DNA of 32,000 nucleotides. Source: Pseudoalteromonas tetraodonis. Lineage in GTDB: Bacteria; Pseudomonadota; Gammaproteobacteria; Enterobacterales; Alteromonadaceae. A program made the position numbers and the translations under genes. Location of the stretch: positions 1,920,001-1,952,000 of the forward strand of contig NZ_CP011041.1 of NCBI RefSeq assembly GCF_002310835.1, read 5' to 3'. This document shows, piece by piece, positions 17,184 through 25,195 of this stretch. The notes under the pieces were generated by a model. It searched no databases. It saw only the letters and a program-made list of their open reading frames with translations, and had not been told where the DNA came from. How positions within the stretch are numbered: position 1 is the stretch's first letter; each line of letters begins with the position of its first letter.

Positions 17184-18134
17184 TTAATATGGACGTTCAC
17201 GGTCGTGTGGAGCATCAAAATGATGCTTTGCACCCAGCGGTACTATTTGTGTTGGATTAATCGTTAAGTGGCTTACATAGTAATGCACCTTTGTGTACTC
17301 TAAATCGACTGTTTCTTTAACACCCGGTACTTGGTACAGCTCGTTAACGTAATTGCTAATATGGTGAAACTCGCTTAATTTTTGACGGTTACACTTAAAA
17401 TGCCCGTGATACACCGCATCAAAGCGAATGAGGGTTGTAAATAAACGCCAATCAGCTTCTGTAATAACATCACCAACGAGATAGCGCTGCTTAGCTAAAC
17501 GCGCTTCTAGCCAGTCTAAACTATCAAATAGTGCGGTGTAAGCCTCGTTGTAAGCTTCTTGTGTAGTAGCAAAACCGGCTTTATATACGCCATTATTAAT
17601 GGTGTTATAGACACGGTTATTCACGGCTTCAATTTCTTCACGAAGTGGCTCTGGATAATAATCATCAGTATTGCCAGTGAGCTCATTAAACGCACTATTA
17701 AGCATACGAATAATCTCTATTGATTCATTATTTACAATAGTTTGCGTTTTTTTATCCCATAAAATCGGCACAGTAACCCGCCCTTCATAACTAGGATCGG
17801 CTTTTAAATACAATTGATAGGCGTAATCTAAGTTATAAAGTGGATCGCCCTGCTCGCCAAATTCCCAGCCGTTTTCCATCATGGGCGCTTCAACAATACT
17901 CATAGAAATAATGTCTTCGAGCTGCTTTAATTTACGAAAAATAATCGTTCTGTGCGCCCAAGGGCACGCTAGCGATACATATAAATGATAACGCCCCGCC
18001 TCAGGGGTAAATTTGCTTTGTGGCGCTGATGAAATAGTATCCCTAAAACGGCTGTCTTGACGTACAAATTTACCGTCGCTTTTTTCAGTGTCGTACCATT
18101 TATCGACCCATTCACCGTTAACAAGTAATCCCAT
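17184..18134 (-). CDS. yqjG: Glutathionyl-hydroquinone reductase (Xi-class GST)
   Basis: The CPWAHR active-site motif, the GRYHLYVSLACPWAHRT context, and the length (316 aa) match YqjG/ECM4-type GSTs. Confidence 0.9.
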   Translation of the reverse strand: MGLLVNGEWVDKWYDTEKSDGKFVRQDSRFRDTISSAPQSKFTPEAGRYHLYVSLACPWAHRTIIFRKLKQLEDIISMSIVEAPMMENGWEFGEQGDPLYNLDYAYQLYLKADPSYEGRVTVPILWDKKTQTIVNNESIEIIRMLNSAFNELTGNTDDYYPEPLREEIEAVNNRVYNTINNGVYKAGFATTQEAYNEAYTALFDSLDWLEARLAKQRYLVGDVITEADWRLFTTLIRFDAVYHGHFKCNRQKLSEFHHISNYVNELYQVPGVKETVDLEYTKVHYYVSHLTINPTQIVPLGAKHHFDAPHDRERPY

Positions 18135-18212
18135 GTCCGTCTCCTAAGTATGTAGAATGTGCCAACCTTACGCAGATTGGCAGCTTAAAGTTCAATCAGT
18201 TATGTGATCAGC

Positions 18213-18665
18213 TTATTGGTTTAATTTGTTATGAATTTTTCCATCAAGGGATAGCTTTCCAGCTCCTTGAATAAATAAGGCCAAGGTAATTGCCAACAAC
18301 GATAAACCAAACTCGTAACCGTTGTTGCTCATAAATAAGCCGTTATCTATATGTACGGTAAAAATAGCAACCACCATAGTGATAGCCAGTACAAAACTCG
18401 CAGGACGCACCAACAAACCAACGATGAGTAGTAATCCACCAAAAAATTCAGCGCCACCCGCCATTAATGCCATTAAATAGCCCGGTGCTAAGCCAATCGA
18501 CTCCATCCATTGCCCTGTGCCTTCCAAGCCATAGCCACCAAACCACGCAAACAGTTTTTGTGCCCCATGAGCACTAAACACTAATCCTGCAATAAGCCTT
18601 AATGGTAGTGTTGCAAAAGACTGTTCAGTTTTTGTGATGGCAGCTGTGATATTTTTAATCGTCAT
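18213..18665 (-). CDS. DoxX-family inner-membrane protein (YqjF-like)
   Basis: 150 aa with four transmembrane helices. LRLIAGLVFSAHGAQKLF and GGAEFFGGLLLIVGL are typical DoxX motifs. Confidence 0.85.
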   Translation of the reverse strand: MTIKNITAAITKTEQSFATLPLRLIAGLVFSAHGAQKLFAWFGGYGLEGTGQWMESIGLAPGYLMALMAGGAEFFGGLLLIVGLLVRPASFVLAITMVVAIFTVHIDNGLFMSNNGYEFGLSLLAITLALFIQGAGKLSLDGKIHNKLNQ

Positions 18666-18750
18666 AATGTTTACCTGTATTGTTTCTGTTGATTATGCAG
18701 CTATTGTATAAGTTGAATTAAAATTAAATAACTCCTATTATTTGCTTTAT

Positions 18751-18771
18751 ATGTTCAAATATTTTGAACAT
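18751..18771. promoter_or_regulatory. Perfect 9-3-9 palindrome, candidate LTTR operator in the divergent intergenic region
   Basis: ATGTTCAAA-TAT-TTTGAACAT contains a T-N11-A core (TCAAATATTTTGA). It lies 86 bp upstream of the DoxX start and 13 bp upstream of the preferred regulator start. Confidence 0.5.
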
Positions 18772-18783
18772 TTAATATTTGGT

Positions 18784-19689
18784 ATGATGATGAATACACC
18801 CCCTATTAGCATAGAAGCTTTACTGGTATTAGACGCCATTGAGCATCGTGGCAGTTATGCAGCCGCTGCAGAACAACTTAATAAAGTGCCATCAGCCCTG
18901 TCGTATATTGTTAATAAACTTGAAGAGCAATTAAATGTAACTTTATTTCAGCGCCAAGGTCGGCGAGCAGTTTTAACCCCCGCAGGTAAACATTTACTGA
19001 GCGAGGGGCGTAAAGTGCTCAATGCTATAAATAATTTATCGGAGCAAACACAAACCATAGCTAATGGCTGGGAGCCTAGAATACGGATTGCTTGTGACTC
19101 AATTATTGACGTAACTAATGTTTTTGCTGCTTTGCAACAATTTTTAATTGAACATAAAAGCATTGAAATTGATGTAAAAGAAGAGGTGATGAGCGGTACA
19201 TGGGAGGCGTTAATAGAGGACAATGTTGACTTAGTGATTGGTGCACCCGCCCCCGTGCCTGCTCAAAAAGGGATCAGAGCAGTGAAAATAACGGATATTC
19301 AAAATGTACTTGTGGTTCACCCAACCCACCCTTTAGCAAAAGAGCAAAAACCCATCAAGCCTAGTGAGCTTGGTCAATACACCACAGTGATAGTTCATGA
19401 CTCTGCAAAACAAAGTATTCCGTGGTCAGCTAATTTAATCGAAGGTAGTCAACGTTTTTATGTAAGCTCCGTAAAACAAAAAATTACCGCTATTTTATCG
19501 GGAATCGGGATTGGTTATTTACCAGTAAACCTTATTGCTGAACATATTAAAGCTAAAAAACTTCATGTTGTGGAGCTCATTGAACCACGTCCTATTCAAG
19601 ACTTATACCTTGCATGGAAAATAACCAACAAAGGTAAAGGATTAAAAAAATTGACTCAACTTTTAATCGACAATAATTTACAGACATGA
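18784..19689 (+). CDS. yhaJ: LysR-family transcriptional regulator, YhaJ-like
   Basis: The N-terminus IEALLVLDAIEHRGSYAAAAEQLNKVPSALSYIVNKLEEQLNVTLFQRQGRR closely parallels E. coli YhaJ as I remember it (LEALRVMDAIDRRGSFAAAADELGRVPSALSYTMQKLEEELDVVLFDR). The track start is a TTG at 18742; ATG at 18784 (MMMNTPP...) is preferred. Confidence 0.8.
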   Translation: MMMNTPPISIEALLVLDAIEHRGSYAAAAEQLNKVPSALSYIVNKLEEQLNVTLFQRQGRRAVLTPAGKHLLSEGRKVLNAINNLSEQTQTIANGWEPRIRIACDSIIDVTNVFAALQQFLIEHKSIEIDVKEEVMSGTWEALIEDNVDLVIGAPAPVPAQKGIRAVKITDIQNVLVVHPTHPLAKEQKPIKPSELGQYTTVIVHDSAKQSIPWSANLIEGSQRFYVSSVKQKITAILSGIGIGYLPVNLIAEHIKAKKLHVVELIEPRPIQDLYLAWKITNKGKGLKKLTQLLIDNNLQT

Positions 19690-19711
19690 AATAAGCAAAC
19701 TACATAAATGC

Positions 19712-19748
19712 AAAAGCCCATGCTAACTAAATTAGCATGGGCTTTTTT
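19712..19748. terminator. Strong bidirectional rho-independent terminator
   Basis: AAAAGCCCATGCTAA (19712-19726) pairs with TTAGCATGGGCTTTT (19732-19746), with flanking A and T runs. Confidence 0.85.
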
Positions 19749-19763
19749 AATCACTAATAGATG

Positions 19764-20174
19764 TTATAAAGCAAGATCTTGCTTAGCACGTGTTAAGTTG
19801 TGCGACACTAACTCGTTACCTGATATTTGCTGTGCTTCGTAAAAGTCAGATAACGCTGCGGTTTCGTTTTTAGCCATTAAACGGCCAACACCGCGGTTAC
19901 TTAAAGCAAATGAAGTCAGCTCACGTACTTTAAAACGTGGGCCTGTACTTTGCTGTAATAATGTAATTGCTTTTGAGCAAATTTCTTCAGCTTGGCTGTA
20001 GTTTTTTGATTTTACATTTAATGCGCAACTGTTAAATGCAACTTCGAATTCTTGTGGGGCTGTTGCAGCCTCTTCAATAACCATTAACTTGTAGTCACTT
20101 TGATCAGCCATTACAGCAGCTGAGCAAGTTAATAAAGAGCCAAGAGCGATGGTTTTGATAAGTGAGCGTTTCAT
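19764..20174 (-). CDS. Small secreted/periplasmic protein, possibly TPR-like
   Basis: AGGAA RBS; signal peptide MKRSLIKTIALGSLLTCSAAVMA; 136 aa, helical, no firm family assignment. Confidence 0.55.
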   Translation of the reverse strand: MKRSLIKTIALGSLLTCSAAVMADQSDYKLMVIEEAATAPQEFEVAFNSCALNVKSKNYSQAEEICSKAITLLQQSTGPRFKVRELTSFALSNRGVGRLMAKNETAALSDFYEAQQISGNELVSHNLTRAKQDLAL

Positions 20175-20381
20175 GATTAGTTTCCTATTTGGTTAGTCGT
20201 GCTTGTTGCCGACAACTAAACTTTAGAGTGTTTACTTAATCTCGACAAACGATTAAAAACAAACCAATAAGTGAAAAAAACTAACCTATAGACTTTAGTC
20301 TAATTAAACTGAGTATATTTGTTTTAATAAAAGCGACAAATAACCGCTCGTTTAACTAGGCTGCAAACCCGATATGATTAT

Positions 20382-21227
20382 TTACTGATTTAAGTAATCA
20401 ATAACTTCTTCTTGTAAATCAATGTATTCGTCTTCAGACATATTTAACTTTTTAAGTATAAACGGTTCAAGGCGCTCCCAATCTTTAATTTTTTCATCAC
20501 GTAAAATACTATTTACTATGCTTTCAGAGAGCTTTAACACACAAAAACAGAGCTGTTGATTAGGATCGGATGTGTCCTCAAGTAAACTTAAATCATGATG
20601 GCGTAGAATAAGCTGGCAAATATCTCTTGGTAAATGCCAACTCGATGCTAAGTAATAGCCGATAATGGCATGATTAGCGCCATAAACACGATCTTCAATA
20701 TCAACTAAACTTTCTTTACTGCTTCTATTTGAACCATGCAGCACATTGACGTAGTCGTCATATTTAATCGCCATCGGAACTATGCCGCAATCATGAAATA
20801 AACCGAGTGTGTATAAATATTCAACTGGAATTTTATTTTTTACTCGCTGTCCAACAATCATGTTTACATTAGCAATTTCAGACGCGTTATCCCAAAAACG
20901 CTCTAAACTAATACAACATGTTTTTTGTAAAAACATTTGCTTTAATTTAAGCGCAGGAATAAGTGCTTCTATACCATTCCAACCTAAAAACATGATGGCT
21001 TGTTTTATGTCAGCAATGCTTCGCACTAAGCCGTAAGCGGGTGAATTAACAATTTTTAAAATAGCAGACGATATGGCCACATCTTTAGCAACTATATCTG
21101 CAGCAGCCATTAAAGACGGCTCATTTTGATGTGCTAATCTATCAAGATCATCTAAAATTTGCGGTTTTGGGGGAATAATAAAGTTTTTGTTTACATCAGA
21201 TAATACCTGCTCATTAACGACAAACAT
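20382..21227 (-). CDS. HDOD domain-containing signalling protein
   Basis: GGAGG RBS; stand-alone HD-related domain with LKIVNSPAYGL...IKQAIMFLG...LGLFHDCG...HHxxG-type blocks; 281 aa. Confidence 0.8.
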   Translation of the reverse strand: MFVVNEQVLSDVNKNFIIPPKPQILDDLDRLAHQNEPSLMAAADIVAKDVAISSAILKIVNSPAYGLVRSIADIKQAIMFLGWNGIEALIPALKLKQMFLQKTCCISLERFWDNASEIANVNMIVGQRVKNKIPVEYLYTLGLFHDCGIVPMAIKYDDYVNVLHGSNRSSKESLVDIEDRVYGANHAIIGYYLASSWHLPRDICQLILRHHDLSLLEDTSDPNQQLCFCVLKLSESIVNSILRDEKIKDWERLEPFILKKLNMSEDEYIDLQEEVIDYLNQ

Positions 21228-21365
21228 CGATGTCTAGCCTCCAGCTAAGCTATATGGATTATTTATTTAATTCCATTTGAACTTTTATACTAGAAGTTGA
21301 TTAGAGATTTATCAATTTGTAGGTGCTGAAATTGGTAGGGTAAAAATAATTTTTAAAACCAAAGC

Positions 21366-21394
21366 AGCACACGCCCGGTATATAGACGTGTGCT
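21366..21394 (-). terminator. Hairpin downstream of the porin gene
   Basis: AGCACACG (21366-21373) pairs with CGTGTGCT (21387-21394). On the minus strand it is followed by a T-rich stretch (GGTTTTAAAAATTATTTTT). Confidence 0.55.
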
Positions 21395-21409
21395 TTGAAT
21401 ACTAGCTTA

Positions 21410-22708
21410 TTAGAAGTAATAGCCAATATTAATGTTGAAGCGGCGTTCAGTTTCGCTGCTATCGCCCGCTAATGAACCACCAACAAACGGCATGTTTTTA
21501 CCATGAACTAAGTCAAAGTATGTAAATAAACCACCTGCAGCGACCGAGAAACCGGTTACGTTCATCCAGGTATCTTTGCTGTTGTCTGATTTGTCGTAAA
21601 TAGCGCTGTAGTCATTATAAAACTGTAAGTTTGTTACTGCGCCCCATTGCACCGGCACACTGTATGCTACGTTTGCACTCGACATAGTTGCTTCCGCTGC
21701 CATGCTATCGTAAAACGAGTAAGCGCCTACAGCAATACGGTTTACGTTATCAATATCGTAGTTGTATTCGCCATGTTGTAATTGCAAGTTCCAAGGGCCC
21801 ATATTACTGTTTAAGTGAAGCGCCCATGCGTTATAGTCACCTGCGCGGTCAACACCATCATGCAAGCCACCAGCAAGCGCTGACACACCAATTTCAGTTT
21901 TACCACCCTCATGCTCTATGTGGTAGCCGTAACGACCTGAGAACGTATTATATTCGCCAATTGGATTGGTCGGCTCAGCGTAAACACCATCACCAGCTTC
22001 TCTAAAACCAACAATATCGTATGAGTAGCGATCGCTGCGGTTATCTACATAACCATCAACACCACCTAATTCATCATTTTTGAAAAAGCCTAAATCAAGC
22101 TGCCAGTTATCGGCAATTTTACGCTTAAATAACACCCCTAAATCGTGGTCGTCTTCAAGGCCAACGTAATAGTTAGTGCTGAAAAAGTAGTTATGTGAAT
22201 TGTAAGGCCAGTTACCAAAAGGAACCTGAGTAATACCTGCTTGAACTTGCCAATCATCAGCAAAATCGTAAGCAGCATAGGCGTATTTAACAGCTGTCAT
22301 GTAATCAAAAAAACGAATTTCAGCGTTTAGTTTTACATCACCCACATCGCCTGAGAAATTTAAGCGAAAAATATCAAAGTCAAAATCGCCGCCGCGATTT
22401 TTATTGTCGTCATCATACGAGGTGTGGCTATAGTTGGTTCGAACAGCACCGCCAATTTTAATTCCCTGAGGCTTGTGTTCATGTTTAGTTACTTTAACTT
22501 CAGCTATATCTTCTTTCTGTTCAATGGTGCGCTCGATTGTCTTTTCACTTTTTTGCTCTGCTTTTGCAAGTTGCTTTTGCAGCATTTCCACTTGTTTTTG
22601 TAAGCTGCTTAATTGCTGCTTTACTTTATCAAGATCTGTATCTGCATGTGCCGGATGTGAAAAAACAACCATAGCCACTGCCAGTGCTAAAGGTTTCATA
22701 GGTGTCAT
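21410..22708 (-). CDS. Outer-membrane beta-barrel porin with an N-terminal coiled coil (OprO/P- or DcaP-like architecture)
   Basis: AGGA RBS; signal peptide ending AHA-DT; a heptad coiled coil (LDKVKQQLSSLQKQVEMLQKQLAKAEQK); then alternating aromatic/Gly beta-strand sequence ending in ...NIGYYF with a terminal Phe. Confidence 0.7.
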   Translation of the reverse strand: MTPMKPLALAVAMVVFSHPAHADTDLDKVKQQLSSLQKQVEMLQKQLAKAEQKSEKTIERTIEQKEDIAEVKVTKHEHKPQGIKIGGAVRTNYSHTSYDDDNKNRGGDFDFDIFRLNFSGDVGDVKLNAEIRFFDYMTAVKYAYAAYDFADDWQVQAGITQVPFGNWPYNSHNYFFSTNYYVGLEDDHDLGVLFKRKIADNWQLDLGFFKNDELGGVDGYVDNRSDRYSYDIVGFREAGDGVYAEPTNPIGEYNTFSGRYGYHIEHEGGKTEIGVSALAGGLHDGVDRAGDYNAWALHLNSNMGPWNLQLQHGEYNYDIDNVNRIAVGAYSFYDSMAAEATMSSANVAYSVPVQWGAVTNLQFYNDYSAIYDKSDNSKDTWMNVTGFSVAAGGLFTYFDLVHGKNMPFVGGSLAGDSSETERRFNINIGYYF

Positions 22709-23053
22709 AATTTGTCCTTGCTTGCCTTGTTGATGTTATTAACTCGAACTTGGTCAGCGTGAGCTAAGTACCTGCTTGATTTTACATGTTGTTTTACAAT
22801 GATAACGTATTTTTACAACTCTTCAATTACACTTTATGATTTTGCGCAACACACCAGCAACACACACTACTTTTTAGCAGGGTAAGCATAACAATTAATC
22901 ATCATTTTAATAAATGAAAGCAGCAGCTTGCAAAATTAAAGCTTAAAAAATAGCAGGATGATCATGTACCTATTTTTAATGTGTTATTATTTAAAAATCA
23001 TATTTAAAACAGCCAGTTTGTTGCTACATATATAAATTAAGGATTCTCCAAAA

Positions 23054-23299
23054 ATGAAAAATAACGATACCTTTAACACAATTGCTACGTTAATTTTTAA
23101 GCATCTTTATAATAACTTTCCAAGCCCAAGCCAGTTAGATCCTGAACAATTAATTAGCGATGCCTCAGATCATCAAGGTGAGCAAATAAAAGGAACAATT
23201 GCGTTTCTTCTTCATGAGGAATATATATTTTCGACGCCCAGCGCCACTTTTTTGCTAACCGAAAAAGGCTTTAGCCACGCTTTGTGTCCTAAGTTTTAA
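23054..23299 (+). CDS. Hypothetical small protein (81 aa)
   Basis: AAGGA RBS 10 nt upstream, followed by a strong terminator. No motif I recognise. Confidence 0.5.
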   Translation: MKNNDTFNTIATLIFKHLYNNFPSPSQLDPEQLISDASDHQGEQIKGTIAFLLHEEYIFSTPSATFLLTEKGFSHALCPKF

Positions 23300-23330
23300 A
23301 CTCACCACTTACAAAGCGATACCACAAAAA

Positions 23331-23357
23331 AAGCCCTAGCAATTAAAGCTAGGGCTT
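23331..23357. terminator. Bidirectional rho-independent terminator
   Basis: AAGCCCTAGC (23331-23340) pairs with GCTAGGGCTT (23348-23357), preceded by an A7 run and followed by TAT. Confidence 0.8.
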
Positions 23358-23375
23358 TATAATGATTTTTAACGT

Positions 23376-24719
23376 TTATTTTTTCTCTTTTTCTAAACGC
23401 TTCTTAAGGCTCAATGCCGCGTCGGCCGCCAGTAAGCGCATAAATTCAGAACCATTATTTTGCTCACCCTGCCCTGCACCTATAACAATTTCAGGCACTA
23501 AGCGACTGTTACCTAAGCTATTAAATAAAGCCGTTTGAATTTTAACTTCTGCTTTAAGTGTTTCATCAAATACATACTTAGGATCAAGCGCTGCTGATTT
23601 TGCGCGTAAACGTGCTTCAGCTAAAACGTCCATACCTAATGCTTCTAAGCGTTGCTGTTTTAAAATTTCTTCTTGCTCTTTTGCAAGCTCCGCTTTAACA
23701 GCTACACGTTGCTGGGCAGAAATAATCGCATTCGCTTTTATTCGTTCTGCATCAATTTGCTCTTTAATTTTTAGCTTTTCAGACTCAGCTCTTTGCTTTG
23801 CAATCGCTTGTTCGCCTAATGCCACTTCAGTACGTGCTTGTTGCTCTGCTTTTTTAAGGTTTTGTCTTGCCAGCGCTTCATCAGCAGCCGCTTGTTTTTG
23901 CGCCTCTAAACGTGCATTTACTTTATTTTCGTAATCAATATCAATAATACTCGCATCAACGACTGTGATCCCATAAGAGCCTAAAATAGGCGCATTACGT
24001 AGCGGATTACCTTCAGCATCCTTCTTTATATTAATGGTAACGCGTTGTTGCTTACTTAAATTACTTAAATCATCTGACTTATCACGCTCACCGGTACTAA
24101 TAATTTGCTCAGTAACAAAAATACCATTCGTAAGTTGATCAGAAAAATCTTGGCTTAATTGACCATTACCACCTGAATAATGTTGCTCCACCGACATCAT
24201 ACGAGCCGACGCTTTTACATTTTCTGTTGTTGCACGCATTAAAAGGTTAGAAATTAGGGTTTCTTGGGAACCAAATTCTTCATGAATTTTTAATAAACCA
24301 CGCAAAGCACCCGATTCACTAGCGGGTACGTTGCCAGGTAATCTAAAGCGGGAAACACCGCGTGCCCCACCGGTCGTGGTATCTAAGAATCGAATAGGAA
24401 TGAGTGGTACAATGGCACTGGCTGTTGCGCTGCTATCGCCGGTAAAGTTAATTGAAATAACTTTTTTATAGGCTGATGTCGTACCAAATGCTTTTAAGTA
24501 AGGGCCCGCTTGATTTATTACCGTTAAATTACCAGTAAAAGCTGACTGATGAACTAGCCGTTCATCGGCTTCATTCCATGAAATAACCTGCGACGTTAAT
24601 GTTGCAATCACTGCTAACACCACGACAACGGATGTTAGTAAAATCACATTACGACGACCAAAACGTGCCATAAATGAGGTGTTTTTTGCCTCAGCGACTG
24701 CTTGTTGCTCGCTATCCAT
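23376..24719 (-). CDS. Membrane-anchored SPFH/band-7 (prohibitin/flotillin-like) domain protein with a long coiled-coil tail
   Basis: One N-terminal transmembrane helix (VILLTSVVVVLAVIATLTSQVI), an alpha/beta domain, then an Ala/Glu/Lys/Gln-rich coiled coil (RLEAQKQAAADEALARQNLKKAEQQARTE...) as in SPFH proteins. GGAGAG RBS lies inside the upstream gene. Confidence 0.7.
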   Translation of the reverse strand: MDSEQQAVAEAKNTSFMARFGRRNVILLTSVVVVLAVIATLTSQVISWNEADERLVHQSAFTGNLTVINQAGPYLKAFGTTSAYKKVISINFTGDSSATASAIVPLIPIRFLDTTTGGARGVSRFRLPGNVPASESGALRGLLKIHEEFGSQETLISNLLMRATTENVKASARMMSVEQHYSGGNGQLSQDFSDQLTNGIFVTEQIISTGERDKSDDLSNLSKQQRVTINIKKDAEGNPLRNAPILGSYGITVVDASIIDIDYENKVNARLEAQKQAAADEALARQNLKKAEQQARTEVALGEQAIAKQRAESEKLKIKEQIDAERIKANAIISAQQRVAVKAELAKEQEEILKQQRLEALGMDVLAEARLRAKSAALDPKYVFDETLKAEVKIQTALFNSLGNSRLVPEIVIGAGQGEQNNGSEFMRLLAADAALSLKKRLEKEKK

Positions 24720-25050
24720 TTTTAGTACTCTCCATGTTTAGTTTCTTTTTAACAAAATACGTAATTTCTTGTTCGCTTAAATGCGCACAAAAACTACCCG
24801 ATCGATGCAAATCTACAAATGTTGCAAGGATCTCTTGTTTGCCTTTAATTGTTTTTTCCTGGTTTTCTTGGGTTTGGTTTTTCTCGCTAAGTTGAGCAAT
24901 AAGTTCATCAATAATGGTGTCTTTATCAAATAACACATTATATTCTTTTGACTTTCTTACTCGGCTCTTACGTACATTGCTGTAAATCACATAAAGCGCC
25001 ACACACAAAATAATAACAAGCGTACTTAACCCAATAATATAAAAAATCAT
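24712..25050 (-). CDS. Hypothetical single-pass membrane protein (112 aa), translationally coupled to the SPFH gene
   Basis: N-terminal transmembrane helix MIFYIIGLSTLVIILCVALYVIY followed by a charged soluble tail. Its stop overlaps the SPFH start by 8 nt (24712-24719). Confidence 0.55.
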   Translation of the reverse strand: MIFYIIGLSTLVIILCVALYVIYSNVRKSRVRKSKEYNVLFDKDTIIDELIAQLSEKNQTQENQEKTIKGKQEILATFVDLHRSGSFCAHLSEQEITYFVKKKLNMESTKNG

Positions 25051-25195
25051 AACGTCTGCTTATATTAATTGAATAATTAACCCTAACAACAAATGTAACG
25101 GTTAAATCACAAATGTTAAGCCGATAATTTTACAGAATAACGACCCAAATAACAGAATTAAAACTTGGCTTGTGTATATTTTTGTAAACTAAAAA

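Noticed and set aside
3228-18783. N-terminal extensions in the ORF track: TTG 3228, GTG 4487, GTG 4900, ATG 14158 and TTG 18742.
   Set aside because: In each case an in-frame ATG slightly downstream (3240, 4493, 4969, 14125, 18784) gives a better RBS or a more typical N-terminus (signal peptide, HelD N-terminus, LTTR HTH spacing). The shorter models are reported, but start sites remain unverified.
22780-22817. Three direct TTTTACA repeats (22780, 22792, 22811; TGTAAAA on the porin strand) upstream of the porin gene, possibly a Pho box for a phosphate porin.
   Set aside because: The spacing is 12 and 19 bp rather than the 11-bp PhoB periodicity. The heptamer matches TGTCATA at only 5/7, and such A/T heptamers are expected by chance in this AT-rich spacer. 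The evidence is not strong enough to call.
22958-23035. A 25-codon hydrophobic ORF (MIMYLFLMCYYLKIIFKTASLLLHI) just upstream of the 81-aa ORF.
   Set aside because: It has no correctly spaced RBS (AGCAGG abuts the ATG). It lies in very AT-rich intergenic DNA where short open frames arise by chance. I have no conservation evidence.
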